Part shown: positions 13,721 through 25,885 of the stretch, piece after piece
Layout: each line of letters starts with the position of its first letter
How positions within the stretch are numbered: position 1 is the first letter of the stretch
DNA from: Entomortierella parvispora E1425
Lineage: Eukaryota > Fungi > Mortierellomycota
Direction of reading: 5' to 3'
Assembly: GCA_020891255.1 (NCBI GenBank)
Contig: BQFW01000009.1
Coordinates: 496,001-560,000, forward strand
DNA length: 64,000 nucleotides
The notes under the pieces: generated by a model
Told to the model about the DNA's origin: nothing
What the model saw: the letters and a program-made list of their open reading frames with translations, nothing else
Database searches by the model: none
Translations under genes and position numbers: made by a program

Positions 13721-16700
13721 ATGGGCATCCCTCATCTGTGGCCACTTGTCAAGAAGCGAGGCTTCACGGCTGCTTTTCATGACACACTCCCTTACCACTC
13801 TATACCACCAGACTCTCCAGACTTTCGTCTTCGAGTAGATGTTCTTGGCTCATTTTTTCCCACCATCCGCCGAGTCTATGTCAAAAACAACTTGCTGGAA
13901 GCCAACATCCTCTTCGAGAACCACCTTCGTGCTTGTAAACTTCCCAAATCAGTCACAACATTGTACTTGGATGGTCCATCACCAGAAGAAAAGAGCACAA
14001 CACAGCAACATCGGGAGGCGAAGCGTATTAAAGCCCTGGCGAAAGCTGGAGCCTGCCTTGACGACATGGAGGCAATCGTAAAGTTTGGCAAGAAACTCAA
14101 GAAGCAGCAGCACAGAAAGCTCGACAGGCTGATCGGTGCTACTTTTTACTTCAAGCAAGAGTTTCGAAGATCCCTCGCTCAGTACCTTCAGAGCCAAGGC
14201 TGGACGGTTGTGGAGTGCATATCAGAGGCAGATATTGCGATCGCCCAGGATTGCACTAGTAACGACGTAGTGCTCTCGGGCGACAGCGACACATTAATAC
14301 ACCCAACAATCTGCGCGATCTGGAGGCCTTTTGGTAGAACTGGCTACCTTGTGTACACTGTCGCGGAGCTTTTGCTACATCTGGGACTTTCCAGAACCGG
14401 TCTTACAACTCTTGGCGTGGTCTCCCGTAACGACTACACTTCGAATCTACCTCGATTGGGCCTGTACACGAATCTTGATACCATCAAATCATTGGAAAAA
14501 AGCCGTAAGTTCAAAAGGACCGTTGTTTCCCTATTGCTTGCACCACTTTGGATCTAACATCGCTTCTCTACATAGCAGCACTTGCAATAGACGTTAGGAC
14601 TATGGTGAACGCTTATATGGACCACGAAGACGTTGTTTGCAAACAATCAAGCGCTGCACATTTTGACTCTGCCTTGAAGGTGTTTTCACTTCAAGAGTTC
14701 ACCCTTCCAACGCCTGCAGTACTTTTACAGTTACCTTGCGAAAACGGTGGGGTTCACCAGGCGGACGCGTCTTTAACACATGAATCTGTGTTACAAAGGC
14801 GCAAGAATCTGCATTTGCGTTTGAGTGAAGTCGAGGTGGAAAGCAGGTATATTCTCTACATGGTTAATTGGTAACGGTACTAGCCAACTCTCTATTGACA
14901 TACATTCAACTTCAACATCTGATAGGTTGACATCATCTAACCTTGTGAGAGAGGGCCCACCTGTATTTAATCGATACAGTACTGTGGACCGTGCACCGCT
15001 AGAACCACCGCCTCCTCACGCGTCGGGAAGGAAATATAAATACCGACAACGCTATGCCATCAAGACTCGATCCCGAATGACGGAGCACGACCCTCCCCGT
15101 TTAATGAAGCAACACAAGTGGATACCGTGGACAGCCCCGCCCGCATCGCCATGGGAACTTGAGGTTAAACCTCCTTCCCAAAAAGCCAAAAAAGCCAGAT
15201 CCTCCTTTGGCATCAAAAGCCTCTGGCGCCTCTGGAGTCCCAGACACGCCAAAGCCGCCACCAAAACCAATTTCCGAAATGGAGAAATTTGAACTTGTGA
15301 ATAGGCTTGAAAGGGAGCACCCCACCAGAACTCTCAGTGTCGGAACAATCAATGCGAATATGAAAAGGGCATGGTCCAAGAAGAAACTCTGTGACAATGA
15401 CGGCAAATCAATTGACCTTCGACCTCGGATGAAATGGCATCTTCAAAAGGTTGTCAAGCTCTCGTATGACTTGAAGATAACTTGCGAAAGAGCAATTGGA
15501 ATATTCCTTGAGAGTCTGTCGGTCGCAGATGAGTCGGAAAAACTTATTATGTCGTGTCTCTGCCTTCCTTTCACCACATCGGAAACAGTGACAGGCGAAC
15601 TTCAGGATGCCAATGGCGAAATCGTGAAGGCGATGGAACATGACAGCAAGCTTGAGAGGAGGAACGGTCCCGTGAGGTTTTTTTCTCTCACTTCTTACAG
15701 CGATGCACTCTGGGACTCGCCCCGCTACTACAAGTAAATATGGAAAGGCCGTGTGCCTATTCATGGACAAGGCCGGAGATAATCTAACCCTTCCAGATAA
15801 CTGTAAGAGTTGACAAATGCACCTTGGACACCGACTGAATAGACGGTGCAAAAAAAAAAAAAAACTAACGCTGCCTGTATTGACTTAGCCATGAGGATAT
15901 TATATCCGGCATCATCCTTCGTTCGAACATCAGCTGTGCAGCTCTGCGCGCAGTACTCAAGACACTTCAAGCAAGGGACAATCGAGCTGTGCAAGCAGGT
16001 ATTCGCTGCCCCATCTGATGACAATGTAAACCAGGGAGAGTATCGCAATTTACTCACATTTTTTCCCCCCTCTTTTCTGCTATCCCTCGTCTCCAAAGAT
16101 CCGTTTTAAGAAGGAGCGAGGTTTGTTGCCCGCTGACACCGTAGATCGCATTGACTGCAAGCTGACTGCAGCAGAGAACTTTATGATCATGAATAAGATC
16201 ACAGGAAGCCGTCGGTGTCTTACTCCAATGTCAACTTTTGACAGCGGCTTTATTACACTCTCCGAGCCTGACTTGGTGGCCCTACTTTGGAACGACCTTC
16301 CATTCCGCCAACAATTGCAACAGTACGCGAAGGTCGATTATCCCAGCACGTATCTCCCAGCAATATCGCAACTTGATGTAGTGAATTGGCTCGGAGGTAT
16401 ATCGCCAGGCGTGCTTATCAACAAGTGGCTGACAGATATAGGGGGATACTCCGCTATCAAGAGGAAGAAACTGAGGAACTTTTCGAGGTCAACATTACGG
16501 ATGTCAGTTGATGGAATGAGAGAACATCTTCTTTCATTTCAGCACGAAGACTTCAATCCAGTCAAGAATCCCGGTTCGTACACGGCAAAAGGTTATCTGT
16601 TGCGAGGATCGATCAGGACGGATGGCTTCCTTCTCCAACTCCTTGCCTTCAAACTCAACGAGCTTCATTGCGTCAAGTACAGGCGTTTACAAGAAGACCG

Positions 16701-17928
16701 ACTACCAGCTCGTCTCACCTCTACCTTGGGTGGAACAGATCATTACTTGACCGAAGTCAGGAATGTGATTAAATCCGAAGAGGACGTGCAGAGACTTTGG
16801 GGGTGCCACCCAAGTCAAATCAAAGTGCTCGGGATCGACTTGGGACAGGCGTTTGTAGTTGGTGCTAGTGCACTGTTACCTTCATCACGACCAGCCAACG
16901 TGTTTGGCAAAAAAGAACTTGCAGAGGCACTTGACGACAAAAAGGATCATTGCACGGTGGTACCACACGACGGGAAGGACCAGCCTGCAGGAACACTTGA
17001 CAAGAAGACTCAGACGAGTGTGTCAACAAAGTTTTTCAACTTGTCCGTGAAACAGAAGGCGGTGTACCAACCTACTTTAAAACACAGGAGGTGGTTGGAG
17101 CACAGAAAAAACCAGACATCTCAGGACAGGAAGTCGATTGCTGCGATCGAGACGAACCTACCGCCCCTCCATGGTCCAAATGCATCCATTGCGAAATACA
17201 CCGAAGCGGTGAAAGCTGCAGGACCGGTTCTTCGAGAGTTCTATGACAGTGTTGTTTTGAAAAAACACAAGTGGAATGCTCAGAAGGCCAGACAGGAAGA
17301 GTACAGGATGGTCGCCAATCGCTTGTTGGAGCTTGTGGGGGGATCACTAGGTGCAAAGCAGGAAGATGGCAACAAGGTCATCATCGGTATTGGTCTTGGA
17401 CAGTTTTCGTCGTCCATGAGACTGACAACACTCCACAGCTCCTTTGAAACTTATTTTGTGCAGCAGGTAATTGTCACTACTCTATTACTCTCTTCAACAC
17501 TTTTGCGTTTATTTCTAACGATCAATTGCTCGTTCATTGTTTAGGCACGATCACTGGGATACATTGTCGTTGGTGTCAACGAGTATTATACCTCCCAGCG
17601 CTGTCCAGTCTGTACAGAGTTTGTGGGGCAAGTTGACCTCAGGCGACTGTATTGCTCGAAATGCAAAGCATTCATGCATAGGGATGTGATGGCGGGTCAT
17701 AACATGTGCAACGTTATTCAAGAGCATCTTCTCAACCAAAGGCGACCCCGCTACCTCCAACCCCGGGATGCAAACAACAACTACCCTTGGGAAGACCCAA
17801 ACTATCGAAGACGAGGGCCCACTTCGAAAATTCAAATCCCCAGTGATGTCAAACAAGGCGTCAAACGAAAGGCCCCTGTTGACGACAGCGGGATGGAAGA
17901 GTTGACAAAGAAGAGAGTAGAAGAGTAA
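13721..17928 (+). CDS. XPG/FEN1-like 5' nuclease fused to Fanzor (eukaryotic TnpB) RuvC nuclease; ~1260 aa, 6 exons, two 1-nt frameshifts as given
   Basis: N-terminus: MGIPHLW, RVDVLG, YLDG, EK, EADIAIA, SGDSD, NDY (XPG-N/I plus H3TH). C-terminus: LGIDLGQ (RuvC-I), GVNEYYTSQRCPVC (RuvC-II plus Zn ribbon), YCSKC, HRDVMAGHNM (RuvC-III). Introns 14505-14575, 14847-14925, 15803-15888, 15999-16098 (or 16110) and 17467-17544 are all GT-AG and phase-consistent. Confidence 0.85.
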
Positions 17929-17989
17929 TAGTTTTTATTTTAGTTATTTTAGTCAGGCTATTTATGTGTATTAGCAAATACAAGGCCTG

Positions 17990-18080
17990 CGTTGGGGCTT
18001 CTGTGGCTTGGCGTGCGATTGCGGAACCATTCGGTGACGTAATTCTAGCGCTAAATGCACGGAAGCCGTGGGATTTAGTG
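17990..18080 (+). ncRNA. Candidate Fanzor omega-RNA scaffold (speculative)
   Basis: Hairpin CGCTAAAT-G-CACGG-AAG-CCGTG-GG-ATTTAGTG (18049-18080) plus an alternative 10-bp stem 17996-18005/18058-18067, just downstream of the Fanzor stop, where omega-RNAs are usually encoded. Confidence 0.3.
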
Positions 18081-18614
18081 ATTCCTTATTTCCAAGCATT
18101 ATTGGTCCGTACTCGCAGTCATCATAGGGAGATCAGTGCTGGCCAGGGTCTACTCCAATCGCGGAAGGTCGTTCCTCTATGCTGTAGCTTTGGCAGAGGT
18201 GGCAAATAATCAGGCGAGCCATATCGGCTGAGAACCTTCTCTCTTTTTCTCTTTCTTCGTGTGGATGGGCCGCAAGAAACACATATTCATCAAAGGGCGT
18301 AATGGAAGAAACTAAATATTTGCTATCATTTTTAAATGGCTATAGCCTCACCCGCGAGTGGTCCAACAAGAGATTTACAAAGGTATTTGCAGCTTCGGAG
18401 AACTTGTTTATTCATGTGGAAAAAAAGTGCGACTCCATATTTGCTGCTGATCAACAATAACAGCCGTAAAGAAAGGGGGGGGTGCCTCCTCTTGTCTTGT
18501 CCTGAAAACAAGTTTTCAATCCATGATAATAAAAACTACCACCTCCAACAACTCCAGAAGTGATCCGCTTGCAAATATAAACGACGCGCCAATCCTGCAA
18601 AAGCCAGTACCGCT

Positions 18615-19555
18615 TTAACGGTAAGACTTCTGGTATCTGTAGATCGCAAAAAAAAGAGTAGTAAAAATGTCAGGATTGATATTCTACATTTGATCACATA
18701 GACAAAACGCGAGAACAGAACATAAAAGGGATAACATACCTGGCACGGGCACCGGCACCACCGAACTTCTTGGGCTCGCAGCGACGGGGATCGGCAACGA
18801 GGAGAGTACGGTCGTACTGGAGGAAGATCTGCTTGAGCTCGTTCTTGGAAGCCTCATCGACGTACTTCTGGTAGTAAGCGACGATGGACTTGGCAAGAGC
18901 CTGACGGATAGCGTAGATCTGGGAAGTGTGTCCACCACCCTTGACACGGATACGGATGTCAACGTTGGCAAACTTGTCAGAGCCGACACGGAGGATGGGC
19001 TCGTAGACCTTGAACTTCAAGACATCGGGCTCAACGAGCTCGATGGGGGATCCGTTCAAGCGGATGAGACCCTTACCGGCCTTGCAGTGAGCAACAGCGG
19101 TGGCGGTTTTCTATTGTACGGATCCAATCGTAGACGTTGGTTAGGACTATTGTTCTTTAAGACAACTATAACGTTCTCTAGTCCAATTGACATGGTTGCG
19201 TTCTGTAATAGTCTAAATCCTGATAGGGTCGTGGTTGTAACAGTGACACATATACAACGGTCAGCGCCTGTCGACTCTCCAAGCACACGCTGTCGAGTAA
19301 TTCACCCATGATGTCGCCCAACGACAGGAACTGGTCGCGCAGAGTCCCGGTATGATATCCAGATGTCAGATCTAGATTACTTCGATGTCTTCTGATCTCC
19401 TGATGTTGAGAATAAGTGATCCTAAAAGGTGATGTTGCATAGGTGCGTTCCCCTTCCTTGCGTGGTCGCTCCATTGTTTCCTGTTTTTTTTAGTATTCAT
19501 TGAAGAGACTTGCCTTGCGGCCGTAGCACTGGACACTCTTCGAGTCGCTGGACAT
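18615..19555 (-). CDS. RPS16: 40S ribosomal protein S16 (uS9); 3 exons, first intron GC-AG
   Basis: [14 protein letters not shown]|[20 protein letters not shown]...[19 protein letters not shown]|YQKSYR*. Confidence 0.97.
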
Positions 19556-20148
19556 ATTGAATAGCCTATGAACATGGAATCAGAGGGACAGAAGTCCATG
19601 ATGAGTTTTGTGTTCCCCTCGAGATTTCTCCTTCCGGGTCCATGTCGTTCTATCTAATGGTGTGGTGGGGGATTGAATCCGGAATCCTGGCGTCCAGATT
19701 TGATTGCATCAGAGAAGGATGTATATGATCTTTTGCAAAAAGGCATATCATCCGAGTCTCTGGGAGTCCAAGGTTGTGTAGCAAAATGCATCCTGCTGGC
19801 AAGAGCAGGGATGCATGGTGCAGGGCGATCGATGGGACGAGAGTGTGGCTGGATGCATGGATGTATGGATGGGTGTGTATGGATGTGTCGCTTCCAGTTC
19901 CAGGTTCTTTCTCCCCGTGAAGTCCGTCCTCTCAGCAAAAATTCGTACAGAAATTGAAAAGAGGGTTCAGACGGTGCAGCAACTGCACACTCTAATATGG
20001 GAGGTTGGTGGCTTAGTCTCTCCAATCGTCGCCCTCCGCGCTTCTTTTTCAACGGGTATGCATGCATTCGCTCGCCTTCTTTCTCGTCACTAAAACAAGA
20101 ACAGGAAGACCGGCATCCCTCATCGCCACCATCACCCTTAGAACGAAA

Positions 20149-21546
20149 ATGGCATTCCTACTCAGAGCAAGGCCACAGCAATGGCACCAGCTGGCACGGA
20201 GGACGATACCCAGAATTGCTGTTCCAGTCTGGACTCACCACTTTCACCACGCTGCCGTCTCTCGGTACTCCACCGAAAAAGAAGAAAGCCCTTCTTCTTC
20301 CTCCTCTTCTTCCTTTAATGACGCCACCAAGATAACAGACACCCTTGCCAGTTCAGAACCAGCATCAGCCAATATGGAAACAGAGGAAGAGTTTGTTCCC
20401 GCCACGGAAGGTGAAATCCAGTCTTTGGCTTATGACTTCCGTAAGTAGTTCACCACTTCACTACTTTCGCTTCCCTTACGAATCTATAATACTCGTACAA
20501 TGAAACTCATACTGATTGTTGTCTCATAGCCTGGCTCTATAACAACGCGAACCACACTTCAAGGATTCCCCACTACCCCTACGCAAAAGCACCTCAGGTG
20601 TGGGCATTATTGGGATTTATTCCTCAGTCGATTCAGTATGCCATTTGCAAATCGGCTTGCGAAAGGATGCTCCGGAACAACACGTCTCCTGAATACTTTC
20701 CAGACCAGTTCCTCCAAGGAGGTTTGTTCTTTGCAGATCTGACCAGTTGATAGTTTACCGTGTGGCGCCCATGGATCTGGACTAATTTTTTTTTTTGTGC
20801 TTCCTCCTGAACAGCCAGCCTTGCTATCCATCAACTTTTCCCCTTACTGGCGACCAATGTGAACAGGGAGGGATTGGCGAACATGATGACTAAGGAATTG
20901 TACGATGTGTACGAGTCAGAACTTGAAAAGCAGGAAAAAGTCAAGTCAGATGTGTCGATCAAGCTTGCTGCTGTTCACGATGGTGTCGTCAAGGATGTAT
21001 GGGTTCTGTTGGGTCCAAAGTTGAAGTCGGGCACATCTCGAGGATTCATTCGTTGGAGATGGCAATCACTGACGGTAGCTCTCCGTGCTGCCACCGACCA
21101 AATGTCTTCTCGGGATCAAGTGGCTCAAATGATGATGGAGGGTGTTCAGTTCAAAGTGGATGTTGAATGTAAGCTTCTTACCTATGTCATTTCTTGTTAT
21201 CTTTAATTTAACAGACACCATTGCATCTTTGTTTCTGACGTGCTTGTTTGCTTTCTCCATAGTTGATGCTTCGATCGATTATACCATCCGGTCCGAGCAG
21301 TTGAACCAAGATGTTGTGTCTGATTTCTCGCGTCGCCCCTTGCTGGTCCGATTTGAGACTCCTTTCTTTGAGCCTGCAGAGAAGATGGTGCAGTCTCGGA
21401 GCATGTCGAGACCTGACGAAGCCCCAATTGATTGGAACTGGCGTATTTCTGATATCGATTACCTGCTGGAACAGGATTTCATTGAGCGCCGTAAACGAGA
21501 GGATATCCAGGACGAGGAACATGCTCGTCGTGAGATGGAGCTGTAA
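20149..21546 (+). CDS. Probable mitochondrial protein, Tim44-like/MAIP1-like fold (tentative); multi-exon
   Basis: Arg-rich presequence-like N-terminus (MAFLLRARPQQWHQLARR); spliced ORF pieces ending ...RFETP...WNWRISDIDY. The family call rests on weak resemblance only. Confidence 0.5.
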
Positions 21547-21756
21547 ATTATGAACGAAAAAAAAGGATAAATCGCGTCTCCCTGGATCAAATGCATCTGA
21601 CGGAAACTCTCTAGACTGTGTTTTTTTTTGTACATAAACATTGCCGTCGTCTGCATGAGATCAATTAATGAACGGTTTACATTTATTATGATGAACAACG
21701 GGTGAAAAGATATGCCTCTAGTTTTCTTGTAATATTGTACAAGCAGCCAAAGCGAA

Positions 21757-23679
21757 CTAGACCTCGGTCTTGTCACCTTGGACAGCTGATTCGATGTTGA
21801 TTTTGGTTTCCAACGAGTTGGCCTCGAGCACGGTAGCACCAGCGACAAGGTCGGCAACGAGCTCAGCCTCCACCTCGGCCTTTGTTTCCAGCTCAATGAC
21901 CGTTGTGTGCTCGGGACTGTCTGCATCAGTAGTGACAACAGCAGGTGTTACCTCAGGGTCTGCGATCGTCTTGGGGAGCATGAAGGCCGACACGATGAAT
22001 CCCAAGACACCCAGCCCAACGACACCCAGAAGACCGTTGCGATAGCTTCTCAACAATAACTCCTTGTCTCCGATCGTGCTTGCAACATTCACCGAGTTTT
22101 CAGAAATAGCCGTGACGATGGCCAGACCCAGGGGAGATCCCAATTGGAGACCCATCGAGAAAAGTGCACCGACGACGCCTTGATCTTCATTCTTGGCATC
22201 CTTCAGAGCGATGATCTGGGTGGGCAACAGACTTGTGCCGAGACCGATCACATGGACCAACAATCCGCAAAAGGGCAAGCCCCAATAAGAGTTGGTCGTT
22301 GACACGAATGCGAACATCAAGGCGGCGAAGCAACGGAAGCAGAATCCTGTGAGGATAAAGGGCTTAAGTCGCTTGAACTTTGGCAAGACTTTTCCCAGAA
22401 CAGTGAAGGTCACAATCGCGAAGAGAGAATGGGCCAAGAATGCCAAGGCGGTATGGATCGAGTCGTAGCCAAAAATGTTTTGAAAGATCAAGGTTGCGAA
22501 ATAACAGAATCCTTGAAACTGACCCTGCAAGAACAAGATGGCCACGAACGCGGACGTAAAATTACGAAGGCGCCAGATTCGGAAGGGCATGATCGGGTTA
22601 TCGACCCAACGGAGTTCAATCCAGGCAAAGAGACCCAGGAGTACCAAACCGGCAGCCAAGACAGGGAGCGTCTGGACTGAAGCCCAACCGGTGCCAGATC
22701 CCGTTGAAATATAGTAGATGATACAGATCATACCCACGGTGGCAGTCAGAGCGCCGGCAACATCAATCTTCTTCTTGGGCGTGTTCACATCCTTAATCAA
22801 CTTTGATTTCGTGGGGATAGCGATCAATCCAAGAAAGAACAGGATGAATGAGAAGATGGACGAGAATCGGAAAATCCAGGCCCATCCAATGGAGGAAATG
22901 AACGCTCCTGCAATCAACAAGCCCACAACGGCACCCAATGCACCGAATCCAGAAAAGACAGACAGGGCCTTGGTACGTTTTGGACCTGCGGGGAAAGTGG
23001 TGGTGATCAGACCCAAAGCGGTGGGAACACTCATACTTGCTCCAATTCCTTGAAGTGCGCGGAAAATACAGAACACGGCAGGTGTCGTTGAAAAGGAAAC
23101 AGCCAAGGACCAGATACCGAACCAAATCTGCCCAGCGAGAAATACGCGACGATGACCATACAAATCACCGATACGGCCGGAAAGCAGAAGGAAACTGTAA
23201 GAAGAATTGAGGATCTATCAGTAGTGTGTAATAAGCCAAGGTGCAGATTCAAATAGGCGTTTCTGGCTTACCCTCCAAAGGTCACGATGTAGGCACTAAT
23301 AATCCACTGAATGTTATAGCTCGCAAACTTGAGGTCATTACCAATATCCACCAGTGCAACTGTCATCGATGAACCGTTGACTAAAGTACAGATCAATAGC
23401 TACGTGAATTAGCAACCAGAGGTTGGGTGATTTCAGTCCATATGCAATCAGTTCGATGGACATACCTGTGTCGATGAATTGGGCCAGGGATACAATGTAG
23501 AGCATAGCCGGACTCAGCTTGTTTTGAAGATTGATCAGCCATGTAGAGTCATCTGCTTTGAGTACCTCCTGGGTGTTTTGGGTGTCTTGAGAGGAAGGAT
23601 AATCTATGGTGACAACGTCGTCTAGTTTCTTTACTACTAGCCGCTGATCCTTGATCTCAGGGGTATGTGTGGAGGCCAT
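21757..23679 (-). CDS. MFS drug:H+ antiporter, DHA2 (14-TMS) family
   Basis: MFS motif A (SGRIGDLYGHRRVF), FRALQGIGASM, and motif C-like FGALGAVVGLLIAG; 5' exons start MASTHTPEIK. Confidence 0.85.
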
Positions 23680-24955
23680 TGAAGTAGCCAGACGTGTAAA
23701 AGTACAAGAGGGGTATGAAAGGGCAGAAAGATAAAGAGAGGGAAGAGTGTAAGGCAAGTGAGGTGAAGAAAGAAAAAGGGAAGGAAGGAAAACTCTCAGT
23801 ATTTAACAAGAACTAGAAAACGACGATCAGGCATCATTGCCCCTGGATGGACGGACTCTTGTCCAGGATAAGGTTCAGCGTTGTTTTTCTAACGATTTTT
23901 TTTGCAGATCCGAACCTCTTTTTGGATCCAGTTGCTCCATTGGGCACTAGCGCTCCTCTCCTGCTGAATCCGTTCACCACTGTATTCATTTTCTCGGCTA
24001 TTTTTTACTACAGTATCAGATACTTTGTGCTCTGCGTTCAGAGAATAATTTGATGTTTTTGCTCCATTGGAAAGTCAGTCCGCCCTTGAATGGCGGCACA
24101 CAGCCTTCGACACCTTTGTTTGGAGTTATTCGAGCTGGTGCGACTATTCGTTGTGGGACAACTCAGGGTTGTTTCTCCATTCCTGCGCCTTTTTTGTTTA
24201 TGAGAACTTCCTTTCTAACTTGTTTTTGACCAACTGACAACAATCCCTTTCGTCATTGTTTGCTCTGCCATCCCGGAAACTGGCGGCACGTGTAATTGTA
24301 TCAGTGGATACAGTGGTGTAAGAACACACGGGCTAGTGGTTACTTCAGTTCAAGGCGGTGTCACGACGATGGAGCAGCAGAAAGCTGGCGATGGGCAAAA
24401 CTTAAAGGTCATGCCATCGCTGCTGTCAGTCAGTAATCGCATTCAGTTTTCCTCTCTGTTGACATTTTATACATATCCGATGACTGAAGTGTCAAAAACG
24501 AGGGACTCTGACAACTGAGCAAAGTAGGGAAGCGTCCAAGTAACAGAGGGATAGTCTCAGCCTAGCGTTGACATCTTTGGGATATGTATGCCATTTCTGT
24601 TGCCCTCAGCCGAGATGACACAGCTCAACCACTTCATTGATCTCTCCGGCTCTGATCTCATGGCCCGCACAGTGTATGAAAATGATAATCGCTTCTGGTT
24701 TCCAGAAAGCAATCCTCATCAACTTCTGCGCACAAGCGATGCTGTAACAGCGACTACGGATCCTAGAAATAAGCATGGTTGCCACCTAACTTCCACGTCC
24801 ACGAAGGCCGCAGAGTCCGCCCACGAAGAAAAAAAAAAAAGAAAAAAACGTGACTGCACAAATCATGTTTACCCTTTCGCAACTTGCAAAAAAGGCAGAC
24901 AGCTCCAATTCATTTCTCCTTCAACCCTCATCTTTCATCAAACTAATACATCACA

Positions 24956-25549
24956 ATGGCCCAGAAAGTCATCAAGAAGAGCAATGTCACCAAGGACAGC
25001 ATCAAGAAGCAGCCCAATGGACTCCTTCGGAAAGGAGGTACTGTTGTTATTCCTATTCATCCAACGCAGTCGTACACCTTTGGCGCGACGTTTGTTTTTC
25101 ACCTCACAAGCATATCACGGTTACTAATCATAAGCCTGCCTTGATACCAATATCTGTCGTTGACACTAAACAGCCAGATCCTACGCTCCCAAGAGCAATG
25201 TATTGATCAAGCAAAAGTCTACTCAGAAGGTACCCCTAGCCCGCTCGCCAGAATCAAAAGTCAGCGATGCGATTACCTTTTTTTTTTTTTTGGTATCTTA
25301 ACACCATATATTACCTCTTGCTGTCATTAGAAACTCTCGGCTCAGATCAACAAGAACATTGAGACTGTCATGGCCACTCGTGCCGGAGCCACTGGAAAGT
25401 TGACCATCATGAAGAGTCTCGCTGACGCTGGTATCGCTGCTGAGCGCAAGGCAGGAGGAAAGAGAAAGGCCGGTGGAATGCCCAAGGTCGGAACAGGAAA
25501 GACCATCAAAGCCATGCCTACCAAGGCTAAGCCTGCCGCCAAGAAGTAG
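24956..25549 (+). CDS. Small basic UPF0390/C19orf53 (Leydig cell tumor 10 kDa-like) protein; 3 exons
   Basis: Spliced MAQKVIKKSNVTKDSIKKQPNGLLRKG|ARSYAPK...QK|KLSAQINKNIETVMATRAGATGKLTIMK...; Lys-rich, with the conserved C-terminal helix pattern. Confidence 0.65.
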
Positions 25550-25885
25550 AGATCTTTTTCTTCACTCTCCACCTTTTGCCGTTGTCAACAGTGTCCTCTA
25601 CATTCCAAAAACTTGTATCATAGAATATCCCCCCTTCATCAATCTTCACATTTCTCGGCTTCAGAATACAGCGCCATATGATTTGGCTAGTTTCTCAAAA
25701 CTCTACTTCGCAACGGAATTTGTCATTACTCTTTACCCTGCGTGCACTAAACGCGAAATAAGTCGCTTGAGATTGGAAATAGGGAGAGTCAAATGCAAGA
25801 ATAGCGCAACTCATTTGTAACAGCTGTCGAAATGTGGATGGAAAAGGTTCGTAAAGCTTTAATAGAGATAAAGTAAAGGTCAAAT

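Noticed and set aside
15164-15198. Possible 35-nt GT-AG intron repairing the first Fanzor frameshift
   Set aside because: Removing it lands in the wrong frame; a 1-nt indel explains the shift.
10480-18055. 13-bp inverted match TTTAGCGCTAGAA (10480-10492) / TTCTAGCGCTAAA (18043-18055) as a TIR for the MULE-Fanzor block
   Set aside because: It does not extend, has a palindromic core, shows no flanking TSD, and the left copy sits in the NDUFS5 promoter; it is more likely a recurrent promoter motif or chance.
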